From: Phallusia mammillata
Taxonomy: Eukaryota
Length of the DNA stretch: 64,000 bases
Direction: 5' to 3'
NCBI GenBank assembly: GCA_965637545.1
Contig: OZ281498.1
Location: forward strand, 27,838,001 to 27,902,000
The notes beneath the pieces were generated by a model. It did no database searches. It was not told the DNA's origin and saw only the letters and a list, made by a program, of their open reading frames with translations. Of this stretch, positions 51,901 through 63,609 are shown piece by piece. Position 1 is the stretch's first letter; every line of letters begins with the position of its first letter. The position numbers and the translations under genes are program-made.

Positions 51901-54713
51901 TTAAATCTCTAGTCACAGGAACTGAAATAAATATCACACTGACTGTTTATTTACACATCGGTCCAAGATATACTCGTCCTTGAACTTGCCGCCGCGTGTC
52001 ATTGAGGTGACCTTGACGATAAAAAACGCTGCTTTTATGTTTTTCTTCATGTTACGTGGAAATAACGAGTTGAAATTGGTGAAATGAATCTCATAAACGA
52101 ATCGCTTGAGGGCTTTTGTGAAGATCGCTCACTTTACGAATGTTTGTAGTTTGAATTTAGACATCTGCGTTTATTGCTGTCCCCTGTTTTAAACCCTATT
52201 CTCTCTGTGGAATTGAGGTTGTGGGGAGTTAATTTTATGTACGACCCGTACACGATAAGATATATCTACTTAAAGTTACTTCAGCATTATTTGCTGTTTC
52301 CCCGCTTGAAATTTCCAGCATTTTGTTTGTGTAATTGAAAACGTTTGCACAACCTGCCCTCACACCATAAAGACCACATGACTCCTAACTTACATATCTA
52401 CTTTTCGGGTTTGTAGCGAGACAGAAGAGAATTTTAAATGCTAAGTTTGCAGCAGAGCGTAGAGCGCGTTTGCCGTTTACAAAAAATCCTGCATATCAAC
52501 TTAACATTGTTTTATGTTTGACATTTTTGGATTTGTGTTCAAACAGAATGGAATTTTAAATGAAAGTTTTGCAGCACAGTGTAGAATGCATTTGCTGGGT
52601 TACTTTTAACACAGTAACTCGTTGCTTTGGAACATTCGCGGCCCCTGATTGAATATTACCGCGCCTTCGTCGATTCTAATTCAATTATGACCTCACAGAC
52701 ATCCGCTTTGGAACGCGCCAGGCTGCGAGTATCGACCGGGCGACTTAAACTCACAGCAGCCGTTGAGCGGAGACGATCGATTGGGGGACAGACGGAAAGC
52801 ATTCGGTGTATTCGAAATAATTGTTGAACAAATAAAGCGATTTTTTCGCGCGTTTGTGGGAAAGCATATGGTTAATACGAGGAGCTTTCACACATTGTGA
52901 TATCCCTCTAATTATTTGCCCGGTTGGGTTTCGAAACGAAGCGGGTTCTTTGTTTGATTTTTGCCATGTTACTCGTCTCTGCATCTGCAAACCACCAACT
53001 ATTTTATTTTTCTATGTTTAGGTTCGAAATGCAACGTCGATGACGTCATCAACGAGTTGCAGTCAAATCACGTGAGTAGTTTACGTTAAAATGGACTTTC
53101 AGCGTTTTAGCGTATTTTACATTAAACTAGTGTTATTACGTTGTGGTTAGTCACGTGATTCGTGAATAATCACGTGACCAATTTATGTTCAGACACTTGG
53201 GGGCGTCTCCTTATTTCGCTGTAGCGACTATTCTCTCTTTCACGATCTTCTGCCGCTCTGGATCGTGCTGATACTGCTTTGTGTCGTCATAGTGGCAGCA
53301 TTGTTTACGTGTCTTTGTTTCTTCTGTTGCAGCAGAAATAAGGTGGGTGGGTTTGAGCGATAAAAACTTGAGCGATAAACTTTTTGTTGTTGATACAATC
53401 TGAAAAACAAACATACAATATACAATATGAGTATACAATATAATATGAAAAAACGAACAACAAAGCCGAACTAACCTTTCCAAAATGTTGATGCGCATTT
53501 GCACAAGAATAAAGCAACCTTAATATGATTTTTGTTGAGTGGGGCCTGAAGTTTAAAAGCACGTGTTGGTATGAGAATATGATGACAGCAATAGCAGAAT
53601 TAACAGCTTCAAAACCAAAATAACTATGGTAGGATGATTGTTCTCGTTGCCGTAATATAGTAATGATCCCGTTATAGAACAACTGCTTAAATATTGCGCA
53701 ATTATGTGTTATCGTTGAACAGTAGTTTTGAAACACAAAGTTGGATGCCTTTTCACCCTTGTGTAATCAGTCCAGAAGCGTCCATGCAGACCAGTGATTT
53801 ATAAATCATAGTACGTCAGGCCCATTGAAGCATTAGACCGAATCAAGCCAAGTATTTCCATTGCGTAATATATATGTAATACGTTTAAATATTGCACAAT
53901 TCTTTATGTCAACCCGTTAAAGCTGACACATACAAGGATGAATGCTCAGTTTATAGGTTTACGGCGTTAAATGTGGTTTCCTCTGTAGCTTGAAATACAC
54001 ATACGGTCCTGTACCGAATTTTCCAGCGAAATTTGCTTCACAGGAAACAATACGAATATTGTGTTGGGATTTTTCTACTAGTTTTACTCGGGGGCAATCG
54101 ACAAGCTTGTGGCAAACTCGCTTTCACACAAAACTATTGAAAACTCAATAGTTGTCGAACTCCCACAATACGCCTGAACCCTGCTCCAACATAGAAACCA
54201 ACTAATGTGAAACCTAGATACAGAATAGAAGCTTTTATCTTATCGCTGCCTGACAGTCAACTGATAAAGAGCGCTTTGTGATGTCACTGAGTGAAATCGC
54301 TGCTGTCGTCGCTTTAACAGTTGCTTAAGGTTTTTGGTAAATTCAAGAACACAACAAGAATTATGCGTAGGAACATCATATAACTTATATTCTACAGTTT
54401 TTTGTTGCGATTTCTTAAAGTTTTACTGTAATGATTAAATAAAACAATTGATTTATTACAGAAACCGGGCGATTATGACGAAGATACGAATTTGAAAGTT
54501 ACCGAAAAACTTAAAGTAGTGGGAAGTGAAAACCCCGCCCTCGAATTTACTGAAATATCGGGCGTTCGAGCGCCCCCTGATGGAGATGTTACTACTGAAA
54601 ATACTGACCACAAGGTGGAGCTGAGTGCGACCGACCGGGAAACTTTGGAAACGGGAATAATTCCGTTTGAAAATTTCCATCTTGGCCTTGACACGGAAGA
54701 AACAAGAATGTAA
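36929..54713 (+). CDS. Putative multi-exon gene of unknown function (possible signal peptide, Cys-rich segment, hydrophobic stretch)
   Basis: Hand-picked phase-consistent chain 36929-36971, 38134-38244, 38729-38769, 39917-40044, 40530-40653, 48210-48290, 50594-50703, 52699-52805, 53022-53071, 54462-54713, AATAAA at 54846. Only the last exon is a long ORF; selection bias is possible. Confidence 0.3.
39458..39670 (-). ncRNA. Hammerhead-containing element with ~40-bp inverted ends (core variant CUGGUGA)
   Basis: Minus strand CTGGTGA A GGCGACCTGTATAGGACGTC GAAACGTC; ends TATAGAGCTCTTCGGGCAATTGTATTTTTATTC / GAATAAAAATACAATTGCCAGAAGAGCTCT. Confidence 0.6.
41379..41512. mobile_element. Tc1/mariner (pogo/Tigger-like) MITE
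   Basis: TA|CAGTTAACCTCGGTTAA...TTAACCGCGGTTTACTG; shares an internal ACCACATTACAAATCATTTGT block with 16470-16653. Confidence 0.65.
43468..43628 (+). mobile_element. hAT-type MITE, CAGTGGTGGGATTC family
   Basis: Family TIRs; perfect 8-bp TSD TATGTAGC. Confidence 0.85.
44150..44225. repeat. Short tandem repeat (TTTTATCTATTTAAGTCCAAAAG-like, about 3 copies) in a repetitive tract
   Basis: Directly visible at 44152-44222. Confidence 0.8.
45319..45467 (+). mobile_element. hAT-type MITE, CAGTGGTGGGATTC family
   Basis: Family TIRs; perfect 8-bp TSD CATATATG. Confidence 0.87.
47300..47580. repeat. Local tandem duplication of ~100-bp blocks
   Basis: GTTTTAACGC.AATTTGAT...GATAGAACCCATAAG...ATGTAGACTTT.GAGTAGAA.GAGTCAGTTGGC.CAACCCG occurs twice. 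Confidence 0.7.
48561..48705 (+). ncRNA. Minimal type I hammerhead ribozyme in a short Penelope-like/retrozyme-type element
   Basis: GTTATTTACA CTGATGA(48624-48630) A GGCGACCT GTAC AGGACGTT GAAA CG TC(48658-48659) GGAATAAAA; flanked by inverted AGAGCTCT/AAACTTGATA repeats. Confidence 0.7.
49463..49615 (-). ncRNA. Minimal type I hammerhead ribozyme element (intact core)
   Basis: Minus strand: GTTATTTACT CTGATGA A GGCGACCT GTAT AGGACGTC GAAA CG TC GGAATAAAA (core 49539-49504). Confidence 0.72.
49760..49929 (+). mobile_element. hAT-type MITE, CAGTGGTGGGATTC family
   Basis: Family TIRs and body; TSD not recovered. Confidence 0.75.
50966..51157. mobile_element. MITE with ~47-bp TIRs (partial copies ~28310-28390, ~31875-31930, ~32935-33400, ~50390-50510)
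   Basis: ATGATAAATATAACGGCCCAAATAGACGTACAAAGCGACATGCTTTA versus TAAAGCATGTCGCTTTTACGTCTATTTGAGGCCGTTGTGTTTATCAT. Confidence 0.75.
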
Positions 54714-55846
54714 AGAAAATATTCGAGAACTTTTGTATTTTTCTGAATTGTTTTTGCATCTGTTTCAAAAACTTTTTTCTTCGCTACCTCTTTTTGGATG
54801 TTGTACCTTACACAAACATTTCACAATGCCTGTTTTGACGTAACAAATAAACCATTCATGACTAACAGTAGAGGAGGGCGGATGTCCGCTTCAAACGTCT
54901 TTGGCGTCTATTTCCGGTTAAGTTAGATTATGATGAAACAAACAAACAAACAGGTCTTGTTCTGTTTTTGTATCTGCTTCACATAAACAGGTTAGGCAGG
55001 AAAAGACAGATAACAAAGTATTTTGATTGGTGTGTCAGGTTTTGTAGAAAATTTTAAGTTGTCAACTGACTATTATGCATTTTGCCAGATATTATATGTA
55101 AAACTGTATGTTGTACTGGCTTGGGAGACACGATATAGAAGCATTTAAGATGGAAAATCTAAAATCAAGTAAGTGTTGGCATTTAAATACCGTTTACTGT
55201 AAGGAATGATTGATCGCTACAAGTGTGTATAAACCTCAGCATCAAACCATAATCTGACTCAAGTATAATAATTTTGTCATAATTTGAAAGGTTAGGCAAC
55301 AAAACATTTGGTGGTTTCTAAAGGTTTGATTAACTTCAGTTTTACCAGTTTTAAACAAATGATTGCCTTGAAAGCTTGAAACGTGTCAGAAAAACAAACA
55401 AACAAATGCTTCTGGCGTGTAATCAGGCTTCAGGCGCGTTTAGCTGACAGTTTTTCAACATGTTGGCTTTATCTACGGGCAGTGTAAATGAGGAATAAGT
55501 TTGTTTGTTGTTTGCCAGTTTGCCGTTATGTTTTTATATCATTCTGTCCAGCCGCTTTCTTTTATATCACATTTAGGAAAATTCGTATAAATTAGAACGT
55601 TTTTTATTCTTAGCTGATCTATTGACTTTTGACGGGTTTGGTTTGTATAAAATAAACTATTGCTAGATTATAACAATGTGTCAAACTGAATGATTTTTTT
55701 GAACTTTTTTACCCGTTGTTTATGTCCCGTTCAGCAAAGGTTTTTAAAGATTGGCAGCAACGTTTATTAAACAGAAGCAAAGTACAAAATGATGTCATAT
55801 TAATAGAAAACAGAAGTTTATAAATAACTGCGCAATACAAGAAAAA

Positions 55847-58800
55847 TCATTTCTTTTTGCCAAATAGTTTGGGCAATTTGAACCCTTTAGATTTTTTTGG
55901 CTTATCTTCTGGTTTGTCCTCTGGTTCATCCTCTGGTTTGTCCTCTGGTTCATCTGGTTTGTCCTCTGGTTCATCTGGTTTGTCCTCTGGTTCATCTTCA
56001 GGATTCTCTGGTTTTTCCTCTGGTTCATCATCTGGTTTGTCTTCAGGATCCTCTGGTTTGTTTTCTGGTTCATCATCTGGTTTGTCTTCTGGTTCATCCT
56101 CTGGTTCATCCTCGGGTTTGTCTTCTGGTTCATCTTCAGGGTCCTTTGGTTCATCTTCTGGTTCATCTGGTTTATCCTCTGGTGCATCTTCAGGATCCTC
56201 TGGTTCATCTTCTGGTTCGTCTTCTGGTTCATCCTCTGGTTTGTCTTCTGGTTCATCCTCTGGTTTATCCTCTGGTTTGTCTTCTGGTTCATCCTCTGGT
56301 TCGTCTTCTGGTTCATCCTCTGGTTTATCCTCTGGTTTGTCTTCAGGATCCTCTGGTTTGTCTTCTGGTTCATCCTCTGGTTCATCCTCTGGTTTGTCTT
56401 CTGGTTCATCTTCAGGGTCCTTTGGTTCATCTTCTGGTTCATCTGGTTTATCCTCTGATCCATCTTCAGGATCCTCTGGTTCATCCTCTGGTTTGTCCTC
56501 TGGTTCATCCTCTGGTTTGTCTTCTGGTTCATCCTCTGGTTTGTCCTCTGGTTCATCCTCTGGTTTGTCTTCAGGGTCCTCTGGTTTGTTTACAGGGTCC
56601 TCTGGTTTGTCTTCTGGTTCATCCCCTGGTTCGTCTTCTGGTTCATCCTCTGGTTTGTCTTCAGGGTCCTCTGGTTCATCTTCTGGTTCATCTGGTTTAT
56701 CCTCTGGTGCATCTTCAGGATCCTCTGGTTCATCTTCTGGTTCGTCTTCTGGTTCATCCTCTGGTTTGTCTTCAGGGTTCTCTGGTTCATCTTCTGGTTC
56801 ATCTGGTTTATCCTCTGGTGCATCTTCAGGATCCTCTGGTGCATCTTCAGGATCCTCTGGTGCATCTTCAGGATCCTCTGGTTCATCTTCTGGTTTGTCT
56901 TCTGGTTCGTCTTCTGGTTCATCCTCTGGTTTGTCTACTGGTTCATCTTCTGGTTCATCTGGTTTATCCTCTGGTGCATCTTCAGGATCCTCTGGTGCAT
57001 CTTCAGGATCCTCTGGTGCATCTTCAGGATCCTCTGGTGCATCTTCAGGATCTTCTGGTTCGTCTTCTGGTTCGTCTTCTGGTTCGTCTTCTGGTTCATC
57101 TTCTGGTTCATCTTCTGGTTCGTCTTCTGGTTCATCCTCTGGTGCATCTTCAGGATCCTCTGGTGCATCTTCTGGTTCGTCTTCTGGTGCATCTTCAGGG
57201 TCCTCTGGTTTGTCTTCAGGGTCCTCTGGTTCGTCGTCTGGTTTGTCTTCTGGTTCATCCTCTGGTTTGTCTTGTGGTTCATCCTCTGGTTCGTCGTCTG
57301 GTTTGTCTTCTGGTTCATCCTCTGGTTTGTCTTGTGGTTCATCCTCTGGTTCATCTTCTGGTTTGTCTTCAGGGTCCTCTGGTTTGTCTTCTGGTTCATC
57401 TGGTTTATCCCCTGGTGCATCTTCAGGATCCTCTGGTTCATCTTCTGGTTCGTCTTCTGGTTTTTCATCTGGTTTGTCTTCTGTTTCATCCTCTGGTTCA
57501 TCTTCTGGTTTATCTGGTGTATCCTCTGGTGCATCTTCAGGATCCGCTGGTTCATCTTCTGGTACATCATCTGGTTCATCCTCTGGTTTGTCCTCTGGTT
57601 CATCATCTAGTTTGTCCTCTGTTTTTTTATCTGGTTTGTCCTCTGGTTCATCTGGTTTGTCTTCTGGTTTTTTATCTGGTTTGTCCTCTGGTTCATCTGG
57701 TTTGTCTTCTGGTTTTACATCTGGTTTATCTTTAGGATTATCTGGTTTATCTGGTTTATCCTCTGGTACATCATCTGGTTTGTCCTCTGGTTTATCTGGT
57801 TTATCCTGTGGTTTGTCCTCTGGTACATCTTCTGGTTTGTCCTGTGGTTTGTCCTCTGGTTCATCTGGCTTGTCTTTTGGTTTTTCCTCTGGTTTATCTT
57901 TAGGATTTTCTGGTTTTGCGTCTGGTAAGCTTGTGTCATCCATCGGTTTGTCGTTGTTTGTTGGATTGCTCGACTTTTGTTTTGGTTCTGAAGTTTTCTT
58001 TCCCTTTGAAGGTTTCGATTTACTTCGTTTCTTCGGATCTTTTGATTTTTCCTTCTTTGTCGGTTTCTTTTCATTTGGATTCCTGACCACATTCACTTCC
58101 GGCGGATTCCGGCGGGGTTTGCTTGATGAGGGGTTAGTTTGGGGTGTTGGAGCTGAACCGGCCACAACCCCATGGGGCAGAGGAGTAAAGCTAGGGTAGG
58201 GATTTCCCTTTTCCTGGGCTTTTAGCAAATCGTTCAAATATTTTGCGAGCAGAAGTTGGTGATGGGCATCGTCCTCAGTCCGGCGGTCGAATCCTGCATT
58301 CAGTTGCTTCTTGGGAGGAGTGGGATCTCTGTAGATCTTCTCCTCCCGTGGCTGTGAATCTTTGCGTGGTCTTGTGGATGGGCGACTGTAAGGATCAACT
58401 TCCTCTGGCCTCGGGATCGACTTCTGTTGTTGTGGAGGGATCGGAGTAGGTCGGCTTCTGTCCCCGGGAAACAGGTAAGGATTTCTCGGCGCAAAACTGT
58501 CGTAGCTCGGTTCATATGCTGCGCAAGTTGAACAGCTGCAAAGAATAACAACAATGAAGAACCACTGTCATATTCCAGTTGAGAAACAATGACAATTTTA
58601 AAGTATATTGTTGGCAAATGCGAAGAATAGTTTAAGCTTGAGTAAAAGTAATGAAAAAAGTTGAACATCTCCAAAAAGAAACAAAAACATAGAACCACTG
58701 ACACGTACATCCTTTAAGAAAGAAAGAAGCGACGAAACAGTGTTGAGGTATAAAAAGAAGTTTCAGTTTCAGTGAAAGTGATGGAAAATAACAACATTAC

Positions 58801-61800
58801 CTCGTGTATGACATTGAGTCGCAGTCGCTGTCGCAACTTATGGTCGATTCCATGTCAGTTTCGCCCCCCAGTGGCCGACTGTGTCTCGAGCAGTAACCGC
58901 TAGGCGGCGCTGATGATTCGAGCTCCGGGATTTGACCTGGATTGAAGCAGAAAACTCGGTTTAATTGTCGCGTTTTACAAACCCACTACTTAGCTTCTAT
59001 AGATAAGCTGTTGCTGCCAGGCATTTACCATGCACTGCACTACGCGCATTCCGTGTTATTTACCCTGATCAAGGCGACCTGTATAGGACGTCGAAACGTC
59101 GGAATCAGAATGCATTTGCCAGAAGATCTCTATTAACTTGATACTCGGCTGTTACTCACCCATTTTCAGGAGTTGTTCGAGTTTTGCGAGTCCGTCGTTC
59201 AGCTTCGCAATGTCTCCTGACGTCAGAGAGTTCTTGATCGGAATCGACGCGCTTTCGTCACTTCTATGACGTGGTGGCGGTTGTGACATCATCAGAGGTC
59301 TGACGTCATTGGGGGGTTTTCCCCTGGCAAAGGTACAGACGAGACTGAAGCAGGTTTCCATCACTTTGAGCGCGTTTTGTGTGAAAGCCGCCACAAAAGA
59401 TGCAATGTCCTGTGGAACAATTTGACTTTCACCGCCAGTGTAATAATTCCTACATCATCTATACCAGTGGTTCTTAACCCTTTTCCCCCCCTTAGGAATG
59501 CGTGCACCCCTGGTTAAGAACCCCTGATCTATACGGACCCAAACACAGAAAACATGAAACAAACTAGACGGTGGAAATTAATTGTTGATGTTTGTTATCA
59601 GGTATTCTGGATTCTTGTCACTTTTTTGCTCATTCAACATTTTAGTTATACTTCTTAATTATACATTTTTCTGTATTGGCTGTGGTTTAAGCTATAGATT
59701 GAATACGTTCATAATTCACACGGGAACAAAAGCGGCCAGTCCCACCGGAAGCAGTTTTTACGTCACTTACCTGTTTCCGGAGCACTTCCTTGTTCCTCTC
59801 GAGTTGAAACGACATGTCAAGTAGTTGTTTGACCAGCGCATATATCTTCTCACAAAACTCCTTTGCATCCTTCCTGTTGGTTCTGGATAAATGAGATTGA
59901 TCCGAAACGAAACTTCGCGATAATTTCGCGGTCAGATTCGTCGCCGCTTGCGTCGCGAGTAGAATATTCGTTTGTCTGTCAACAATGCAAAACAATCGCT
60001 CAAACAAACGAATCCGTAAACCATCGGCGACTGTGACGTCACTTACAGTCTCGGATCGATGACGTCACGCATGACGTGATGAATCTGACGTACGAGTTTC
60101 GTTGATGTCACCGCGTCGGTCATCTTTTCGTTCATCGCCATGGAAACGTGTTGCCTAGCGACGTCGAGTATTTTGTTGATTTTCGAATTGTAGCGTTTTG
60201 TGTCGATTTCTTCCATCGAAGAGAGTAAGGTCTACAACGAAATCCAGAAATTGACAAAGTGATGTGGTTTAATAGACAAAACCGTTTCATAGGAGGGTAT
60301 ACAACAAAAAAATGGAGAAATAACTTTATGGTTGACCGCACAAAGCTGGTTGACAGGCGCTACATGCACAGCCATGCATGTTGTGACTAGTTTAACTCAT
60401 ACGTACAATGGTTGACTGCATAAAATTGGCTCATGAACGCTAGATGCTAATTTATAAACAGTATAAATGAAGTGGTGCATGAGAAAAGAAATTATTGAAT
60501 CCAAAACTACATGTTTGACTGCATGAAACTGGATAATGTGGTGTTTAACAGTATAAGCGAAGTCGTGCATGATAGTAGCGGTTTTCCTAACCCGAACCTT
60601 CATAGTGATCCTCTGCGTCTTCCTGTTGGGCATCGTCTTCGATCTTCTCATTTGTTTCTGATCGTTTGAACGCTGGGATCGCAAACTCTGTGGTTCGTGT
60701 TTGGGCTTTGATATGGTCCGCGCCTGATGGTACTTGTTGGGGTTAGAAGGACTCCTGGGGTAAAGTTTCGGTTCAGGAGGAGGTAAATCGTAGATCGGCT
60801 GTCGCTCCTCGTGTGAACGCTGCAAACAAAAGAAACCGAATAAAACCTAAAATGTTCGAATTGTTTGTCACACAATTATGACGTAACAATCACCTGATGA
60901 TGTGAATGTTCTATGACATCGTCGTCTTGAAACTCGCGCGCATTCTGCAGCAATCCTTCCAGCTCAGCAAGTTTCGTCTTCAAATCGCGAACGACCTTTA
61001 AACAGGTCAAGGTCGTTAGTCACGTGACTGATCTTTTAATGAGGAAGACAAACCTTCTTCTGGCTCCTGATGTCGTGGGGATCTTCATCCTCATCCCAAC
61101 CATCTCGGATCGACTCGGGAGGATCGGGAAAACCAAGATCCCGGGAAGTCTGAGAAGATAATGATTTTATCATTATTGTTAACACTAGGTGGAATGTGAG
61201 GGTTAAAACCAGGGTTTCGGCTGATGCTAGATTAAGTGGTCGCCGTTTCTGAATTCTGGTTTGTTTGAACAAACTTTGTGAACTCTATATGTTGTCTGGG
61301 GGTCGAAGCAAAGTAGGAGGTTGCCATTAAAAACTTTGCACAGACTTAGCTGAGGTAGTGTGTGAGGGTCAAAACCAGGGTTGCGGTTACTGATACCACA
61401 TAAAATTAGTCTTCGTTTTCGAATGCCGGTTTGTTTAAACAAACTTTGTGAGCACTGGGTGGTCTCTTTGAGTCAAAGTAAGAGGTTGCCATTACAAACT
61501 GTGGTCAGCACACACTTAACTGATCGCACTCAAGCAAATGGTTTCACTTACGACTTGGTTGAGAGAGCGACTCCTCATGAAGGCTGGCTGCCTGTTACGA
61601 TCCAGGGGATGCGTTTGTTCGCCCACGTTTGAAACACTGTCGGTTGGTTGAATCGACATCGCGTCAACGTAACCGGTTAATCTAGAACCAAATATTGTTC
61701 AAACAAACGGGTGAAGTAGTTTAGGTTCAGTGTCGTTGGTTTTAGCTTGTTGTTGTTTTATTTTCATTTTATTTTTTGTTCCTAATGCATGTTTATACAG

Positions 61801-63609
61801 AAACCGACGATGCCCAAGGCAAAATATATATTCTTAAGCATTATCGACTGATTCTTGCTTCTTTGGAAACTTGTTTTCATATTTAGAATCAAGCAAACGA
61901 GCGGCTGCACACGATTCGCGGCGTTGTCAATTGTGACGCCATAGAGTATGATAAAGGGAAAAGTTTCTTCTTTTATCTTGCAGTTTAAGCGTGAAATTGG
62001 GATCAAAATTTTTGACGTTAAGGGACTTGACCCCTCCAAAAGTGAAACATTCAACAATAAACTTTAAATTGTGCCCCCATAATCTATAAACTTCTGGTTG
62101 ATTCAACGATTTTGATATTAAGGGAAGACCCAATCTATCAGTATTGAACACAACATATATGTGTAGGGGCGGGGGATCCCCTCTAGGTGCTTTTCACCAA
62201 CACTTGCTTCTTACTTGTTGTAATATTCCTCGAGTTCTGACTTCTGCGCGACGAGATGATCCATCCACTCTCCCAGGATGCTCACAATCCCTGTCGCCTC
62301 CGAATCTGCGTGGCTCGGATGACGATCGTCCTGATGACTAGTGTTGCTCTCATCCGATTCAGAGCTCCTACAAAAACACGTGGTTATTGCTGTTACTGGA
62401 TCTGCCGAGTTTTATTTCTTTTGTTGCAAGCGATCAAGTTTAGTTCTCCAGACATTTGCATCTTCGGAGTTTTGGTTATTTCTGTCATTTGGATTTGAAA
62501 AACACGTGGTTCTTTCCTATTATTGGATTTGACAAGTTTTAATTAAAATTATTTTTGCAGCCTTTTTCTTTGTTAGAAACCATCAAGTTTAATTGGCCAA
62601 ACTTCAGCAATTTTTCAGGTTTTCTGGTAACTTTGGTTTCAAACTAATTGACTCGAAGGTTTCTGTAGTTGCAAACGATCAAGGTTTGTTGCTCAGGTGT
62701 TCGCAATTTCGGAGTTTTTTAGTAACTGAACTTTAGTTGTTGCTCAGATTTTAGCAATTTTGCAAGTTTTTTTTGGTAATTTTGGTTTTAAATTAACTTA
62801 CTCTGATGTTTGTGGCGCTGGTTCATCGACGCCTCCATCCGTCTCGCTGTGTTGCGACCCAGTAGATGGCGGTACAGAGTTTGTGCGTGGTTTGTTGGTG
62901 GTTTGACCGGTGGTTGGGTGAGGACTTTGACTGCGCGGGTCTGCAAGTAATCAAGATACGTTGTTTTTACATCAGTGACAAATAGTACAGTTTTAGCCGA
63001 TTATTCAAGGATTTGTACGATAGTTGAACGAGCCATTCTGTTTGCTAAATTTGTAGCAGATTCCCTCAGAGTAACATGTGGTTTTTCAACCCACGGCCTT
63101 TAAAACCGGCAAACCAGCAAAGTGCAGTAGAATTGCAACAAGCAAACAAATATGTTTTTCTGCTCACAAATGCTCTGAATTGGTGAAAGCAACAAGTGCT
63201 TTTTCGGTAATCGGTGTGAAACTGTATAATCGTATTTGGGACCGGTAATCGTTTCGGCATTTGAAGTAAATTTCACAAAATATATTTTATATTATATAGA
63301 ATGTAAGAACAATCAATTTTTTTCTGCTGACCTGCGTTCCGCTGTATTCCTCCCTCCTCAACTGGTACAGCAGGCAAACTTCGATAGTTGCGTGGTTCGC
63401 TGTTTAAGGAAATACCCGTGGTTGCGTCCTGAAATTGGTAGTGACATGATTTAGTAGGTAGTGACGATTTAAACTCACATTGCAATGACGTGAACATTAA
63501 CGCCATACACTTACGTCATCAGGGTCGGTGGGGGGAGGGGGCGCAGGGGCTCGTCGTGTACGTCGCTTCTGCTCATCCGATATATAAGGAAGATTTTCGT
63601 AAGTTTGTT
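55847..63609 (-). CDS. Multi-exon orphan gene: low-complexity/coiled-coil protein ending in a ~680-aa P/E/D/K repeat and a polybasic tail; start codon not located
   Basis: Phase-consistent exons from 63609-63515 (QTYENLPYISDEQKRRTRRAPAPPPPTDPDD) through ~63440, ~62940, ~62370, ~61640, ~61150, ~61010, ~60820, ~60230, ~59980, ~59415, ~58940 to the 2.7-kb last exon 58537-55847 containing the 796-aa ORF; ends KKSKGFKLPKLFGKKK; minus-strand AATAAA near 55765. Confidence 0.8.
55880..57930 (-). repeat. Coding tandem repeat of 9-12-nt units (PED, PEDK, PEDE, PEDA)
   Basis: TCTGGTTCATCC / TCTGGTTTGTCT / TCAGGATCC units on the plus strand, with higher-order blocks. Confidence 0.95.
59000..59143 (+). 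ncRNA. Hammerhead-containing element, core mutated (CUGAUCA), probably inactive
   Basis: TTATTTACC CTGATCA A GGCGACCTGTATAGGACGTC GAAACGTC GGAAT. Confidence 0.55.
59465..59526. mobile_element. 62-bp minimal hAT-type element
   Basis: CAGTGGTTCTTAACC...GGTTAAGAACCCCTG; perfect TSD ATCTATAC. Confidence 0.85.
61185..61510. repeat. Intronic tandem duplication (~170-bp unit x2)
   Basis: GTGAGGGT.AAAACCAGGGTT...GGTTTGTTT.AACAAACTTTGTGA...CAAAGTA.GAGGTTGCCATTA occurs twice. Confidence 0.75.

Noticed and set aside
55795-58092. Asn/Gln/Met-rich minus-strand ORFs and the Trp/Phe-rich ORF at 57272
   Set aside because: Alternative frames of the same repeat, broken by stops and without splice support.
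55857-58199. 780-aa Gly/Ser/Leu ORF and 612-aa Leu/Val/His/Pro ORF on the plus strand
   Set aside because: Antisense shadows of the 9-12-nt coding repeat, which lacks stops in these frames; only the minus-strand P/E/D/K frame joins the upstream exons.
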